Part shown: positions 1 to 9,801 of the stretch, piece after piece
Layout of the letters: each line of letters begins with the position of its first letter
How positions within the stretch are numbered: position 1 is the stretch's first letter
From: Vulcanimicrobiota bacterium
Lineage (GTDB): Bacteria > Vulcanimicrobiota > Vulcanimicrobiia > Vulcanimicrobiales > Vulcanimicrobiaceae
Length of the DNA: 64,000 nucleotides
Reading direction: 5' to 3'
Assembly (NCBI GenBank): GCA_963714015.1
Contig: OY970223.1
Coordinates: 1,024,001-1,088,000, forward strand
Translations under genes and position numbers: made by a program
The notes under the pieces: generated by a model
Seen by the model: the letters and a program-made list of their open reading frames with translations, nothing else
Told to the model about the DNA's origin: nothing
Database searches by the model: none

Positions 1-946
1 TTGCAGCCGCTGCGGCCGAGTAGGCTTCATTTGCGCGTGATAGCGGAAAGCGAGGACCGACCGGCGGAGGCCGGATTTGACCGGATTCGAATCCGGCGCT
101 CATCTCGGTCAATATTCTCGCGCACTGCGCGGCCGTTAAATTGGCAGAGTTCACGCCGATCAGCGAGAGGTCGCGGCGATACAGCGACATCAAATCGAGT
201 TGCACCTCACGGCCCCCGGCGCCGGAGATGATCGCCATGCGCCCCCCGCGGCCAAGTGCTGCTGCCAGAGCCGCGAAAATCGGCGATCCAACCGTATTGA
301 GCGCGATCTCGCAGCCCGCTCCGCCGGTCGCTTCTTTCACGACCGCTTCGAGGTCGTTCTTGTTCGCAAACGCCACTGCGGCGGCCCTACTGCGATCGAG
401 CCGCGGCAACTCGCTCTCATCTTTCAGCAGCGCGACCGAACGCGAACCGGCAAAATGAACGATCTGCAGCGCCGCGCTGCCGACGGCTCCTGCCGCTCCC
501 GAGACGACGACCCAAAGGTTGCGCGTTAGTCCCGCGCGCTCGATCAGCGCATGCCAGGCGGTTACGAAGGGTACGCCCGCCGCGCCGGCTCGATCGACAT
601 TCAGTCCTTCGGGCCGTAACGCGACAGCGTCTTGCGGTAGAACGACGAACTGCGCGTGCGTGCCGTCGCGCGTATATCCCAGTTCGCCGCCGCCTGAACC
701 CCAAACGTCCCGTCCAAGCAAATGCGGCGGTCCCTCGACCACCCGTCCCGCGAAATCACGGCCGACGATACGCGGAAGCTCCGTGTGGTCGAAGCCGCCT
801 TTGATGTTGAGCAAATCGCTCGGATTGATCCCCGCGGCGTCGACTTGAACGAGCACTTCGCCCGGCCCCGGTGCCGGTTTAGAGACCTCAGCGGCGCGCA
901 GCGAACCGGGCGAATCCGTGAACTCCTTGAGGAGGACGGCCAGCAT
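1..946 (-). CDS. Zinc-binding alcohol dehydrogenase / NADPH:quinone oxidoreductase (MDR family), runs off the window edge
   Basis: Manual translation from ATG 946 (TAATG overlap with the upstream stop): MLAVLLKEF...PGPGEVLVQVDAAGINPSD...GRDFAGRV...SGAAGAVGSAA. No stop before position 1, so it is absent from the ORF track. Confidence 0.85.
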   Translation of the reverse strand, partial: MLAVLLKEFTDSPGSLRAAEVSKPAPGPGEVLVQVDAAGINPSDLLNIKGGFDHTELPRIVGRDFAGRVVEGPPHLLGRDVWGSGGGELGYTRDGTHAQFVVLPQDAVALRPEGLNVDRAGAAGVPFVTAWHALIERAGLTRNLWVVVSGAAGAVGSAALQIVHFAGSRSVALLKDESELPRLDRSRAAAVAFANKNDLEAVVKEATGGAGCEIALNTVGSPIFAALAAALGRGGRMAIISGAGGREVQLDLMSLYRRDLSLIGVNSANLTAAQCARILTEMSAGFESGQIRPPPVGPRFPLSRANEAYSAAAAA

Positions 947-1917
947 TACCAGCCGCCGCCACCTCCGCCGAAGTCACCGCCTCCGCCGAACCCGCCGCCC
1001 ATGTCGCCGCCGCCGAAGCCCCCGCCGCCCCAATCGCCGCCGCCGCCGCCGCTCATGCCGGCTTGGCCCGGATCGGCTTGCCAGCCGCCTGCGTCCATCG
1101 GCGCGCCGCCCGCAGCGTTCGGATCGACCACGTTGCCGTAGGCGCCGCCGCCGCCGTAGTTTTGATTTCCGAAGAGCTCGTTGCCCAGCCAAGCTCCGCC
1201 GAGTCCGCCCAAAAGTCCGCTGAAGAAGCCGCCCCCGCCGCCCCAGCCGTAACCTCCGTAGCCGGGGCCGTATCCGGGTCCCATTCCGGGTCCGGATCCT
1301 CCGCCGTAGTAGCGCGGCCCGGAAGCTGCGCGCATGAGAGATCGGATGATGAAGAAGCCGACGAGCGCCATGATAATGATCCAGAACATGCTTATATGTA
1401 CTGGGCTCGTCGCCGCAGGTTGCGTATAACCGTAACTGCTGCGGCGAGAACCGTTCTGCTGCAGCGAACCCAAATGCGATCGGTAGATGTTGAGCGCCAG
1501 GTTGACCGCCGTCGTGATCCCGCCGTCGAAGTCGCCGGCGCGGAATTGCGCTTCCATGGCACTTGCGATGGACTGCGAGGTTTGGGAGCTCCACCACCCG
1601 GCCTGCACGGCTGCGCTATCGGGAATCACGTAGTCCTTACGATCGCCCTTGTCGACGAAGATCAACACGCCGTTGATTTGCTGCTGCGCGTACGCGTTCT
1701 CCGCGGCGCCGGCCACGTCGGCGCCGGTGACGGAAGGCACCGTCTCGACGACGACCTCCTTGCCGGTTTGCGCGTTAAAATTGGACAGCCGCGAATTCAA
1801 ATCGGCGACCGTCGTGGCGCTGAACATGCCGGCCTGATCCTGCACGAAGTCTTTTGCCAGAGCCGGGCTGCCGGTTACGAGCAGTGCGAGCGCGGCTGCT
1901 GCGATAATCTGTTTCAT
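946..1917 (-). CDS. TPM-domain membrane protein with Gly-rich C-terminal tail
   Basis: Signal peptide MKQIIAAAALALL, then FVQDQAGMFS...NGVLIFV...FRAGDFDGGI (TPM domain), one TM helix and a GGGDFGGGGGGW tail. Start refined to ATG 1917. Confidence 0.85.
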   Translation of the reverse strand: MKQIIAAAALALLVTGSPALAKDFVQDQAGMFSATTVADLNSRLSNFNAQTGKEVVVETVPSVTGADVAGAAENAYAQQQINGVLIFVDKGDRKDYVIPDSAAVQAGWWSSQTSQSIASAMEAQFRAGDFDGGITTAVNLALNIYRSHLGSLQQNGSRRSSYGYTQPAATSPVHISMFWIIIMALVGFFIIRSLMRAASGPRYYGGGSGPGMGPGYGPGYGGYGWGGGGGFFSGLLGGLGGAWLGNELFGNQNYGGGGAYGNVVDPNAAGGAPMDAGGWQADPGQAGMSGGGGGDWGGGGFGGGDMGGGFGGGGDFGGGGGGW

Positions 1918-2051
1918 CGGAACGTTCCTACGGCGATGAGCGCACCGCCAACGATGCTGAAAGCGAAGATGAAAATAAAGAGCCAAATGCCCGCGCGAAG
2001 CCAAACGTCTTTGCGCTTTCTGGCAGCCTGCGTCCGGTGCTTGGTCTTCAT
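1914..2051 (-). CDS. Small 45-aa single-pass membrane protein
   Basis: MKTKHRTQAARKRKDVWLRAGIWLFIFIFAFSIVGGALIAVGTFR. ATGA overlaps with both neighbouring genes. Confidence 0.7.
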   Translation of the reverse strand: MKTKHRTQAARKRKDVWLRAGIWLFIFIFAFSIVGGALIAVGTFR

Positions 2052-2371
2052 GAGCTCTGCGCGGCGCGTTCCGAAATGGGCGACCACAGCCGCTCCAGGT
2101 TGTAGAAAGCGCGCTGCTCCGGCGTGAATACGTGCACGACGACGTTTCCGAGATCGATGAGAATCCAGTTCCCGTCGGTATAGCCTTCGATGCGCGATAC
2201 GCGCAGGCCGGCTTGCCGGACGTGTTCCGCGATACTGTCGGCAATCGACCGGGTTTGAATCTTCGAACGCCCCGTCAGGACGACGAACTTGTCCGCAAGG
2301 ATCGTTCGTCCCGCGACGTCGATTTCGACGAAATCTTCGGCCTTTTTGTCGAGCGCGGCCGTCCGCACCAT
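2048..2371 (-). CDS. rsfS: Ribosome silencing factor RsfS (Iojap)
   Basis: DKKAED...WILIDLGNVVVHVF...RAFYNLERLW motifs. An in-frame CTG at 2389 behind GGAGG may be the true start. Confidence 0.95.
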   Translation of the reverse strand: MVRTAALDKKAEDFVEIDVAGRTILADKFVVLTGRSKIQTRSIADSIAEHVRQAGLRVSRIEGYTDGNWILIDLGNVVVHVFTPEQRAFYNLERLWSPISERAAQSS

Positions 2372-2372
2372 C

Positions 2373-2951
2373 TCAAGAATCTCCGCCAGTGGATACCTCC
2401 CAGGTCTTCATCGCCGCCGCGGTCTGCGGCGCGATAGGCAGTTGCCTCCCCTTAAGATACTTCAGGGATGAGGCAATCGTTGCATGCATAGCAGCCGGTA
2501 AATCTCGCACCGCCAACCGCGACAGTTCCGGCCGCTCGGGAAAGTCGCGCCCGGGCTCCAGGGAATCGGCCAAGTAGACGACGCAGTCGAGCGGCGACAT
2601 GGTCCCGTCGCCAAGTGTGTGCTTTGCGATGGCCGATAGAATCTCGGCGTCGTTCACGCCGAATTCCTCACGCGCAAGAGCCGCAGAAAGCGGTGCGTGG
2701 AGAACGACCGGATGCTCCCGCTCGAAGTCGCCGAACGAGATCCGGCGCCGCTCGCATTCGCGAACGAGCCGTTCGGCCGAGTAGAGTCTTGCGAGATCGT
2801 GCAGCATACCGGCCAGGCGAGCTTTCCGCGCGTCGGCGCCATGCGCGCGCGCCAGATTCTCGGCCATGCGCGCGACGCGGACGCAATGCTCGTACCGGTG
2901 AGCTTGACCCAGATGTTCTCTAACGCGGCGGGCGATTTGCGTAAACGTCAA
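2373..2951 (-). CDS. yqeK: YqeK symmetrical Ap4A hydrolase (HD domain)
   Basis: RYEHCVRVA, LHDLAR, HAPLSA, KHT, YLADSLEPGR motifs; adjacent to rsfS. Confidence 0.9.
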   Translation of the reverse strand: MTFTQIARRVREHLGQAHRYEHCVRVARMAENLARAHGADARKARLAGMLHDLARLYSAERLVRECERRRISFGDFEREHPVVLHAPLSAALAREEFGVNDAEILSAIAKHTLGDGTMSPLDCVVYLADSLEPGRDFPERPELSRLAVRDLPAAMHATIASSLKYLKGRQLPIAPQTAAAMKTWEVSTGGDS

Positions 2952-2960
2952 CCTTGGCCG

Positions 2961-3500
2961 TTACGTGTCCAGCGAAGCTCGGAGCGCGCGAATCCGGTTT
3001 TTGTAGATTTCGCTCTTCAGGTTTCCGGCCCACATGACCAGCGCGTTCTCGTTGTTGTCGCTGTAGTACCCTTTGCGCGTCGAGACCGTCGTGAATCCGT
3101 ATTTCTTGTATAACGTCTGCGCGGCGGCGTTGCTTTCACGCACTTCTAGCGTCATCCATGAGGCTCCGCGCGTCATGGCCTGGTCCAGCAGATGCAGCAG
3201 AAGCATCTCACCGAAACGGCGTCCGCGAAACGGCGGCGCAACGGCGATGGTCGTGATGTGCGAGTCTTCTAGAATGACCCAGATCCCGCCGTATCCGACG
3301 ATTGTGTCGCCGCGTCGCGCCACGTAATAATGCGCGAGCTTGTTCTCGTGCAGTTCCTGATAAAACGCGTTCGCCGGCCACGTCGTAGAGAACGACTGCT
3401 GTTCGATCCGCAGAACGTCCTTTACGTCGCCGTCGCTCATCGGCTCGATTCGAAACGGTCCGGAGCCATCGTACGAGGCCGGCCTTGGTTCGAGTTTCAT
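2961..3500 (-). CDS. rimI: Ribosomal protein alanine N-acetyltransferase RimI
   Basis: HITTIAV..FRGRRFG, LEVRESN..AQ.LY.KYGF...RKGYY...ENALVM. Start refined to ATG 3500. Confidence 0.9.
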   Translation of the reverse strand: MKLEPRPASYDGSGPFRIEPMSDGDVKDVLRIEQQSFSTTWPANAFYQELHENKLAHYYVARRGDTIVGYGGIWVILEDSHITTIAVAPPFRGRRFGEMLLLHLLDQAMTRGASWMTLEVRESNAAAQTLYKKYGFTTVSTRKGYYSDNNENALVMWAGNLKSEIYKNRIRALRASLDT

Positions 3501-3537
3501 TTGGAAACCCGTTTCCGCACGGCACATCCACACGGTC

Positions 3538-4215
3538 TCATTTGGGAAATTCCCCGTGGGCGCCGGGGAGATTTGGAACCTTTGCGGGAGGCAGTTCGCC
3601 GTAGTCGGCGCGGACTTCGTGAAAGCTGCGGACAGGCTCACGCCGGCCGGCTGCGACGGCGACGGCCAGCGCTGAGGGAAGAATCGACCGTTCCAGAGGC
3701 GTCACCGTCCATCCGCGTTCGGCGAGGCCCGCAAGCACGTCCTGTGTATTGCCCATGACGGCCAGGCCGCCGTCCCCCGCTCCGAGGCGATTAAGGACGT
3801 CGGCAACGTACCCGGAATCGCGCCGGTACGCGCCGCCCGACCTCAGCCGGACGGAGACCACGCCCACGCGGCCCCGAACGACGGTGAGCAGCGGCGAAGG
3901 CAGCGACTGCGTTCCCGCCTCGATCGCATCGAAGGAGTTCACGCCGGTCAAGGGGACGCGCCAGCCTTGTGCGAGCGACTTGGCGTAGCTGATAGCGATG
4001 CGGACGCCCGTGAAAGACCCCGGCCCGATGCCCACGGCGAGGCGGCCGACGTCGTCGCCGCGCACACCGGCCTCCTCCAAAATTTGCGCTACCGCTCCCA
4101 GACCTCGCTCCAGCGCCACGCTCGCGGGCAAATCGATGGTCGCGAGCGGTTCTTCATTGCAAGCGATTGCCGCGGAAAACGACCCCAGGCCGCCGTCGAT
4201 CGCGAGGACGATCAC
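3538..4215 (-). CDS. tsaB: t6A biosynthesis protein TsaB
   Basis: VLAID, AVGIGPGSFTGVRI motif. GTG start 4215 overlaps the tsaE stop. Confidence 0.9.
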   Translation of the reverse strand: MIVLAIDGGLGSFSAAIACNEEPLATIDLPASVALERGLGAVAQILEEAGVRGDDVGRLAVGIGPGSFTGVRIAISYAKSLAQGWRVPLTGVNSFDAIEAGTQSLPSPLLTVVRGRVGVVSVRLRSGGAYRRDSGYVADVLNRLGAGDGGLAVMGNTQDVLAGLAERGWTVTPLERSILPSALAVAVAAGRREPVRSFHEVRADYGELPPAKVPNLPGAHGEFPK

Positions 4216-4622
4216 CGGCGCACCCTCACGCGCCGCGGCTCCTCGCCTTTGCCTTCGATCTCGACTTCGTAACGGACCGGCGGCAGCAATTCCGGCGCAT
4301 TTTTCCACCACTCGACAAGCACGATGGAGCGTCCGTCGAAAGCCTCTTCCAAGCCCAGCTCGTCCGCTTCGCCGGGACGTTCGACGCGGTAGAGATCCAA
4401 ATGGTCCACCGGAGGATCGCCGCCATAGCGGTGCCAGAACGTGAACGTCGGGCTGGTTACGGGATCGCTGCCCATTCGCGCGAGCACGACAGCTTTCACG
4501 AATGTAGTCTTTCCCGCGCCGAGCGGACCAGAGAGTCCGACAACGTCGCCTGCACGCAATTCGCGCGCGAATTGCGCTGCAAACTCGCGAAACTCTTCCT
4601 CGGTATAAAATGTTCGATCCAT
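4212..4622 (-). CDS. tsaE: t6A biosynthesis ATPase TsaE
   Basis: GPLGAGKTTF, VTSPTF, HLDLYR, VEW motifs. Confidence 0.95.
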   Translation of the reverse strand: MDRTFYTEEEFREFAAQFARELRAGDVVGLSGPLGAGKTTFVKAVVLARMGSDPVTSPTFTFWHRYGGDPPVDHLDLYRVERPGEADELGLEEAFDGRSIVLVEWWKNAPELLPPVRYEVEIEGKGEEPRRVRVRR

Positions 4623-4692
4623 GGAAACGGCGAAGCAATGCTCCCGTGGTAATAGGTCAGTCGCCGATGTTCTTGCGATTGGGGCGTCTCTC

Positions 4693-4977
4693 CTGACGAA
4701 CCATATACAGGAGATCGTCAAGCAGGCCGAGGCCTACCTCGAAGAACTTCGCGCCGCGGCGGCGGCCGTCCAAGAACGAATCCGGGCCGGAATGCTCCGC
4801 TTGCAGCCGCAAGAGGACGAGCCTATGCCTGATTCACAATCGGAGGCGCCGGCGCGCGAGTTGGATCCAATTTTCGCCACGCGCGAATTCGAGGTTCCGC
4901 CGGATTCGGTACCGCACTCCGAACCGGGCCGGAGCTCCGCGGGGTTAGTTAGTTTCGATGACGAGGACGATGTCTAA
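4693..4977 (+). CDS. Hypothetical protein (helical N-terminus, acidic tail)
   Basis: Part of ORF 4621..4977. Start uncertain: CTG 4693 follows GGGG, while ATG 4621 collides with the tsaE start. Confidence 0.45.
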   Translation: MTNHIQEIVKQAEAYLEELRAAAAAVQERIRAGMLRLQPQEDEPMPDSQSEAPARELDPIFATREFEVPPDSVPHSEPGRSSAGLVSFDDEDDV

Positions 4978-5542
4978 ATTTTCAAATAGTCGATTCAACG
5001 CTCGTCGCGCGCCGAAGGCAATCTCGCCTTTTGGCACTCCAACGTCCGTAATCGGGCCGAAGGCAATCTCGCCTTTTGGCACTCAAACGAACGTAAAGGG
5101 GCCGAAGGCAATCTCGCCTTTTGCCACTCAAACGAACGTAAAGGGGCCGAAGGCCGGGGGCCCCATGCGCTTTGCGTATGCGCGTGTGGAGCACGAACCG
5201 CGGATACTGTTAATGACCATGTCTGAATTTTCAAATAGTCGATTCAACGCTCGTCGCGCGCCGAAGGCAATCTCGCCTTTTGCCTCTCCAACGTCCGTAA
5301 TAGGGCCGAAGGTCTTTCAAAAACGCCTGTTAATGACGATGTCTAAATTTTCAAATAGTCGATTCAACGCTCTTCGCGCGCCGAAGGCAACCTCGCCTTT
5401 TTGGCACTCAAACGTCCGTAATCGGGCCGAAGGCAATCTCGCCTTTTGGCACTCAAACGAACGTAAAGGGGCCGAAGGCCGGGGGCCCCATGCGCTTTGC
5501 GTATGGGGGGCGTGGAGCGCGAAGCGCGGATACGCCTGTTAA
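4966..5542 (+). repeat. Nested palindromic tandem repeat array (REP/MITE-like) upstream of gyrA
   Basis: Three macro-units start ATGTCT(A/G)AATTTTCAAATAGTCGATTCAACGC at 4970, 5219 and 5339. GCCGAAGG occurs at 5011, 5056, 5101, 5146, 5260, 5305, 5380, 5426 and 5471 (45-nt period within units). Confidence 0.95.
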
Positions 5543-8048
5543 ATGAACAACGACATCATTTCGCAGATCAATGTTGAAGACGAAATGCGGGAGAGTTATC
5601 TCTCCTATGCGATGTCGGTTATTGCCTCGCGCGCACTTCCGGACGTGCGCGACGGACTGAAACCGGTTCAGCGGCGCATTCTCTTCGCCATGCGCGAAAT
5701 GGGCATGGATCCCGGTAAACAGCATCGCAAGTGCGCCGGTATCATCGGCGAGGTGCTGAAGTCGTTCCATCCGCACGGGGACTCGTCGGTATACGACGCG
5801 CTCGTGCGCATGGCGCAGGATTTCACGCTGCGCTATCCGCTCGTCGACGGCCACGGCAACTTCGGCTCGATCGATCCGGATCCGCCCGCAGCCTACCGGT
5901 ACACGGAAGCGCGACTGGCGCGTCCTTCCACTGAAGTTCTTAGCGACATCGACAAAGAGACGGTGCCGTTCGTTCCTAACTTCGACAATCAGGGAACCGA
6001 GCCGCGCGTTCTGCCGGGCAAACTGCCGCAGCTCCTGCTCAACGGATCGAGCGGCATCGCCGTCGGCATGGCGACGAACATTCCGCCGCATAATCTGAAC
6101 GAGATTGCCGACGCAATTGCGGCAATCATCGACGATCCTTCGGTTACCGACGACACGCTGGCTGAAATCGTTACCGGTCCCGATTTCCCCACCGGCGGGA
6201 TCATCATGGGCCAAGAAGCGATCAAAGAAGCGTACCGCACGGGCCGCGGCTCCATTTCAATTCGCGGCAAGGCCGAGATCGAAGAAGAGCGCGGGAAGCA
6301 CCGGATCGTCATCACCGAGATTCCGTATCAGGTGTACAAGAACCGGATCGTCGAAGCGATCGCGGAGGCGCACGCCGAGAAGCGTATTCAGGGAATAGCC
6401 CGCCTCGACGACATGAGCAATCGCAAGGGCATGCGCGTCATCGTCGAGCTGCAGAAGTCGGCAACGCCCAAAGTGGTGCTCAATCAGCTTTACAAGCACA
6501 CGCCGCTGCAGTCCAGCTTTGGGTTCAACATGCTCGCGCTCGTCCCGGTGGGGGAACCGCGTCCGGATGGAACCGTTGCGATCGAACCCCAGGTGCTTTC
6601 GCTCAAGCAGCTGCTCGAGCATTACATCACGCACCGCAAAGACGTCGTCACGCAAGCGGACGCAGTACGACCTCCGCAAGGCCGAAGAACGCGCGCATAT
6701 CCTGGAAGGCTACCGGATCGCGCTCGACAACATTGACGAAGTCATCGAGATCATTCGCGCCAGTCAGACGACGGACGAAGCCAAGCAGCGCCTGAGCAAT
6801 CGGTTCCAACTCACTGAGATACAAGCGACTACGATCGTCGACATGCGTCTGCGCACGCTGACCGGCTTGGAACGGCAGAAGATCGAGGACGAGTACGCGG
6901 AACTGATCAAGACCATCGCCGAACTGCAGGATATTTTGAGAAGCCCGCGCCGCATTGCCGGCATCGTGAAGACCGAAATCCTCGAGGTCAAAAAGAAGTT
7001 CGGCGACGACCGGCGCACGGTGATCGTGCCGGCCGAAGACGAGTTTTCGGCCGAAGCGCTCATTCCGAATACGGACGTCGTCGTTACTTCAACCGTCGGC
7101 GGGTACATCAAGCGCGTTTCGGTCGACACGTTCAAGACGCAGAACCGCGGCGGCCGCGGCGTCATCGGCATTTCCAACCTCAAGCGCGAAGACGTCGTGC
7201 GTAACTTCTTCATTACGAAGACGCACGATCACGTGCTGTTCTTCACGAACAAGGGACGCGCGTACCGTTTGCGCGGCTTTGAAATTCCCGATACGACCCG
7301 TCAGGCGCGCGGAACGGCGCTGGTAAACCTGCTGACGCTGCCGCCCGGCGAATACGTTACGGCGGTCTTCCCCGTGCGGAACTTCGGCGGCGAGCGCTAC
7401 ATGGTGATGGTTACCAAGAACGGCGTCATCAAGAAAACCAAGCTCGAGGAGTTCTCGAACGTGCGCCGCAACGGATTGAATTCGATCGGCTTGGACGAAG
7501 CGGACGAACTGCTCGCGGTCGATCTCTCGGACGGCACTCGAGACATCATCCTTGCAACCGTCAACGGAATGGCAGTGCATTTCAACGAGAAAGACGTTCG
7601 CCCCATGGGCCGCAACGCGCGCGGCGTGAAAGCGATGACGCTCGATCGGGGCGACACGATCGTCGCAATGGACGTGCTCGAAGACAATCGCCGCGAGGTG
7701 CTCCTGGTAACGACCAAAGCATTCGGCAAGCGTACGCCCATCGCCGAGTACCGGCATACGTCTCGCGGCGGAAAAGGCGTCAAGGCGTTTGCCAAGGAGC
7801 GGGAGGACATCGGAAAAGTCGTCGATCAGATCCTGGTGGCTCCGGAGGACGAAATCTTGCTGATGACGTCGTCTAATCAGGTCATCCGTCTGCGCGTCTC
7901 CGACATTCGGAAGGCCGGACGCTCTACCAAGGGCGTCCGTCTGCAGCGGCTGGGCGAAGGCGACGAAGTGATTGCGATCACCAACCTGGGCAAACAATCC
8001 AAGCAGATAACCGAGATCACCGGCGAGCCGGCCGACCTCCCGGCGTAG
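5543..8048 (+). CDS. gyrA: DNA gyrase subunit A (one frameshift near 6655, likely a sequencing error)
   Basis: RALPDVRDGLKPVQRR, HPHGDS, AAYRYTE catalytic Tyr; GyrA-box QNRGGRG in the second frame. Confidence 0.95.
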
Positions 8049-8119
8049 AGGTTAGCCGGACTCGCAACCGGCCCGGGTAACCCCGAGTTAATAGACGCAG
8101 AAGGAGAGTAATCCGTCAG

Positions 8120-8446
8120 ATGAGTGCATTGGCCGACGTTTCGCAAAACAATTTTCAGAGTGAGGTCATCGGTTCCAACGAGCCGGTGCTGGTCGATTTT
8201 TGGGCTCCCTGGTGCGGTCCGTGCAAAATGCTGGCGCCCGTCGTCGAAAAGGTTGCCTCCGCTCACGCCGGACGCGCGAAGTTCGTGAAGCTCAATACGG
8301 ACGACAATCCGAGCCTCGCGGGAGAGTATCAAGTCTCCGGCATCCCGTGCCTGATCCTGTTCAAAGGCGGCAAGCCCGTCGATCGCATCGTGGGGTACGT
8401 TTCCGAACAGACGATCAATTCGATGCTGAGCAAGCACGTAGCGTAA
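8120..8446 (+). CDS. trxA: Thioredoxin
   Basis: [10 protein letters not shown] motif; AAGGAG RBS. Confidence 0.97.
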   Translation: MSALADVSQNNFQSEVIGSNEPVLVDFWAPWCGPCKMLAPVVEKVASAHAGRAKFVKLNTDDNPSLAGEYQVSGIPCLILFKGGKPVDRIVGYVSEQTINSMLSKHVA

Positions 8447-8453
8447 CAGGTCA

Positions 8454-9801
8454 ATGAGCGCAATGCGCGGTTTGCCCGCCGTGCATCGCCTGTTGTCGGA
8501 CCCGCGGCTCGCGGGTTTCGAGGATTTGTTCGGAAGAGAGCGCGTGAAACGAGCCGTCAACGAAGTCCTCGACCGCGCTCGCCGAACGGCAAACGGCAAT
8601 ACACCGAATTACGATCTTTTGATAGCGGCGGTCGCCGGCAAATTGGACGACGAACGTTTCAGCGCGCTTCTGCCGGTCATCAACGCGACCGGCATTCTTC
8701 TGCATACGAACCTGGGCCGCGCGCCCCTTGCAAGCACCGCGTTGGATGCGGTTGCGAGCATTGGGCGCGGATATTCCAATCTCGAATACGATCTTACAGC
8801 CGGCGAGCGCGGCACGCGTTACTCGCGCGTTACGTCGTTGCTGCATGCGGTTACCGGTGCTCAGGATGTCCTCGTCGTGAACAACTGTGCGGCGGCAGTG
8901 CTCTTGATTTTGGACACATTCGCAAAAGGGCGCCAGGTCGTCGTCGCCCGCAGTCAGCTGGTGGAGATCGGCGGAGGCTTTCGGATCCCGGACGTCTTAG
9001 CGCGCAGCGGTGCGCACCTCGTTGAAGTAGGAGCGACGAACAAGGTCTATCTCTCGGACTTTGAACGAGCGTTGACGGCTCAAACGGCCCTCCTACTGCG
9101 AATCCATCCATCAAACTTTCAGATAAGCGGGTTCACCGCCGAAGTAAGCGGCGCCGAGCTTTCGCGTTTGGGACGGCGCGCGGGAATTCCGGTGGTCGAA
9201 GACTTGGGCAGCGGCGCCCTCGTCGATCTTGCGTCTTGCGGCTTGCCTCACGAGCGCACGGTCCGCGACGCCGTTGAAGACGGCATAGATCTGATCGCGT
9301 TCTCCGGCGACAAAGTGCTGGGCGGACCGCAAGCGGGGATCATCGCAGGCCGAAGCGCGCTCGTCGCGCGGCTGCGCACGAATCCGCTTTTGCGCGCCTT
9401 GCGCGTCGACAAGATGACGCTGGCCGCACTTGGAGAGACGCTCCGCCTGCACGCGTCGCCCGAGCTGCGTAAGCAGATTCCGTTCTTTGCGATGCTCGAA
9501 GCGACGCTCGACGATCTGCGCGAACGCGGCCGCCGCTACACCGGCGGAATAGCCGGGTGCGGCCATCGTCGAAAGCATCGCCTATGCCGGCGGCGGCACG
9601 CTCCCGCAGTCCGAGGTGCCGTCGGTCGCCATTGCTCTGGAACCCGTAAGCGGCGCAACGGCGTTTGCTGCCGCGCTACGCCGTCGAGCGCTGCCGATCG
9701 TGGCGCGCGTCGAGCGAGATCGCGTATTGCTCGACCTTCGGACGATATTGCCGCACCAGGACGAAGACGTCATCCGCGCACTCGTCACCATGATGCGTTG
9801 A
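8454..9801 (+). CDS. selA: L-seryl-tRNA(Sec) selenium transferase (frameshift near 9560)
   Basis: [44 protein letters not shown] lysine; C-terminal LLDLRT in the shifted frame. Confidence 0.93.

Noticed and set aside
946..1320. CCG-rich low-complexity repeats
   Set aside because: They simply encode the Gly-rich tail typical of TPM-domain proteins.
5011..5480. CRISPR array interpretation of the 45-nt periodic palindromic repeats
   Set aside because: The 20-nt intervening segments are near-identical variants of each other rather than unique spacers, and there are no cas genes in the window.
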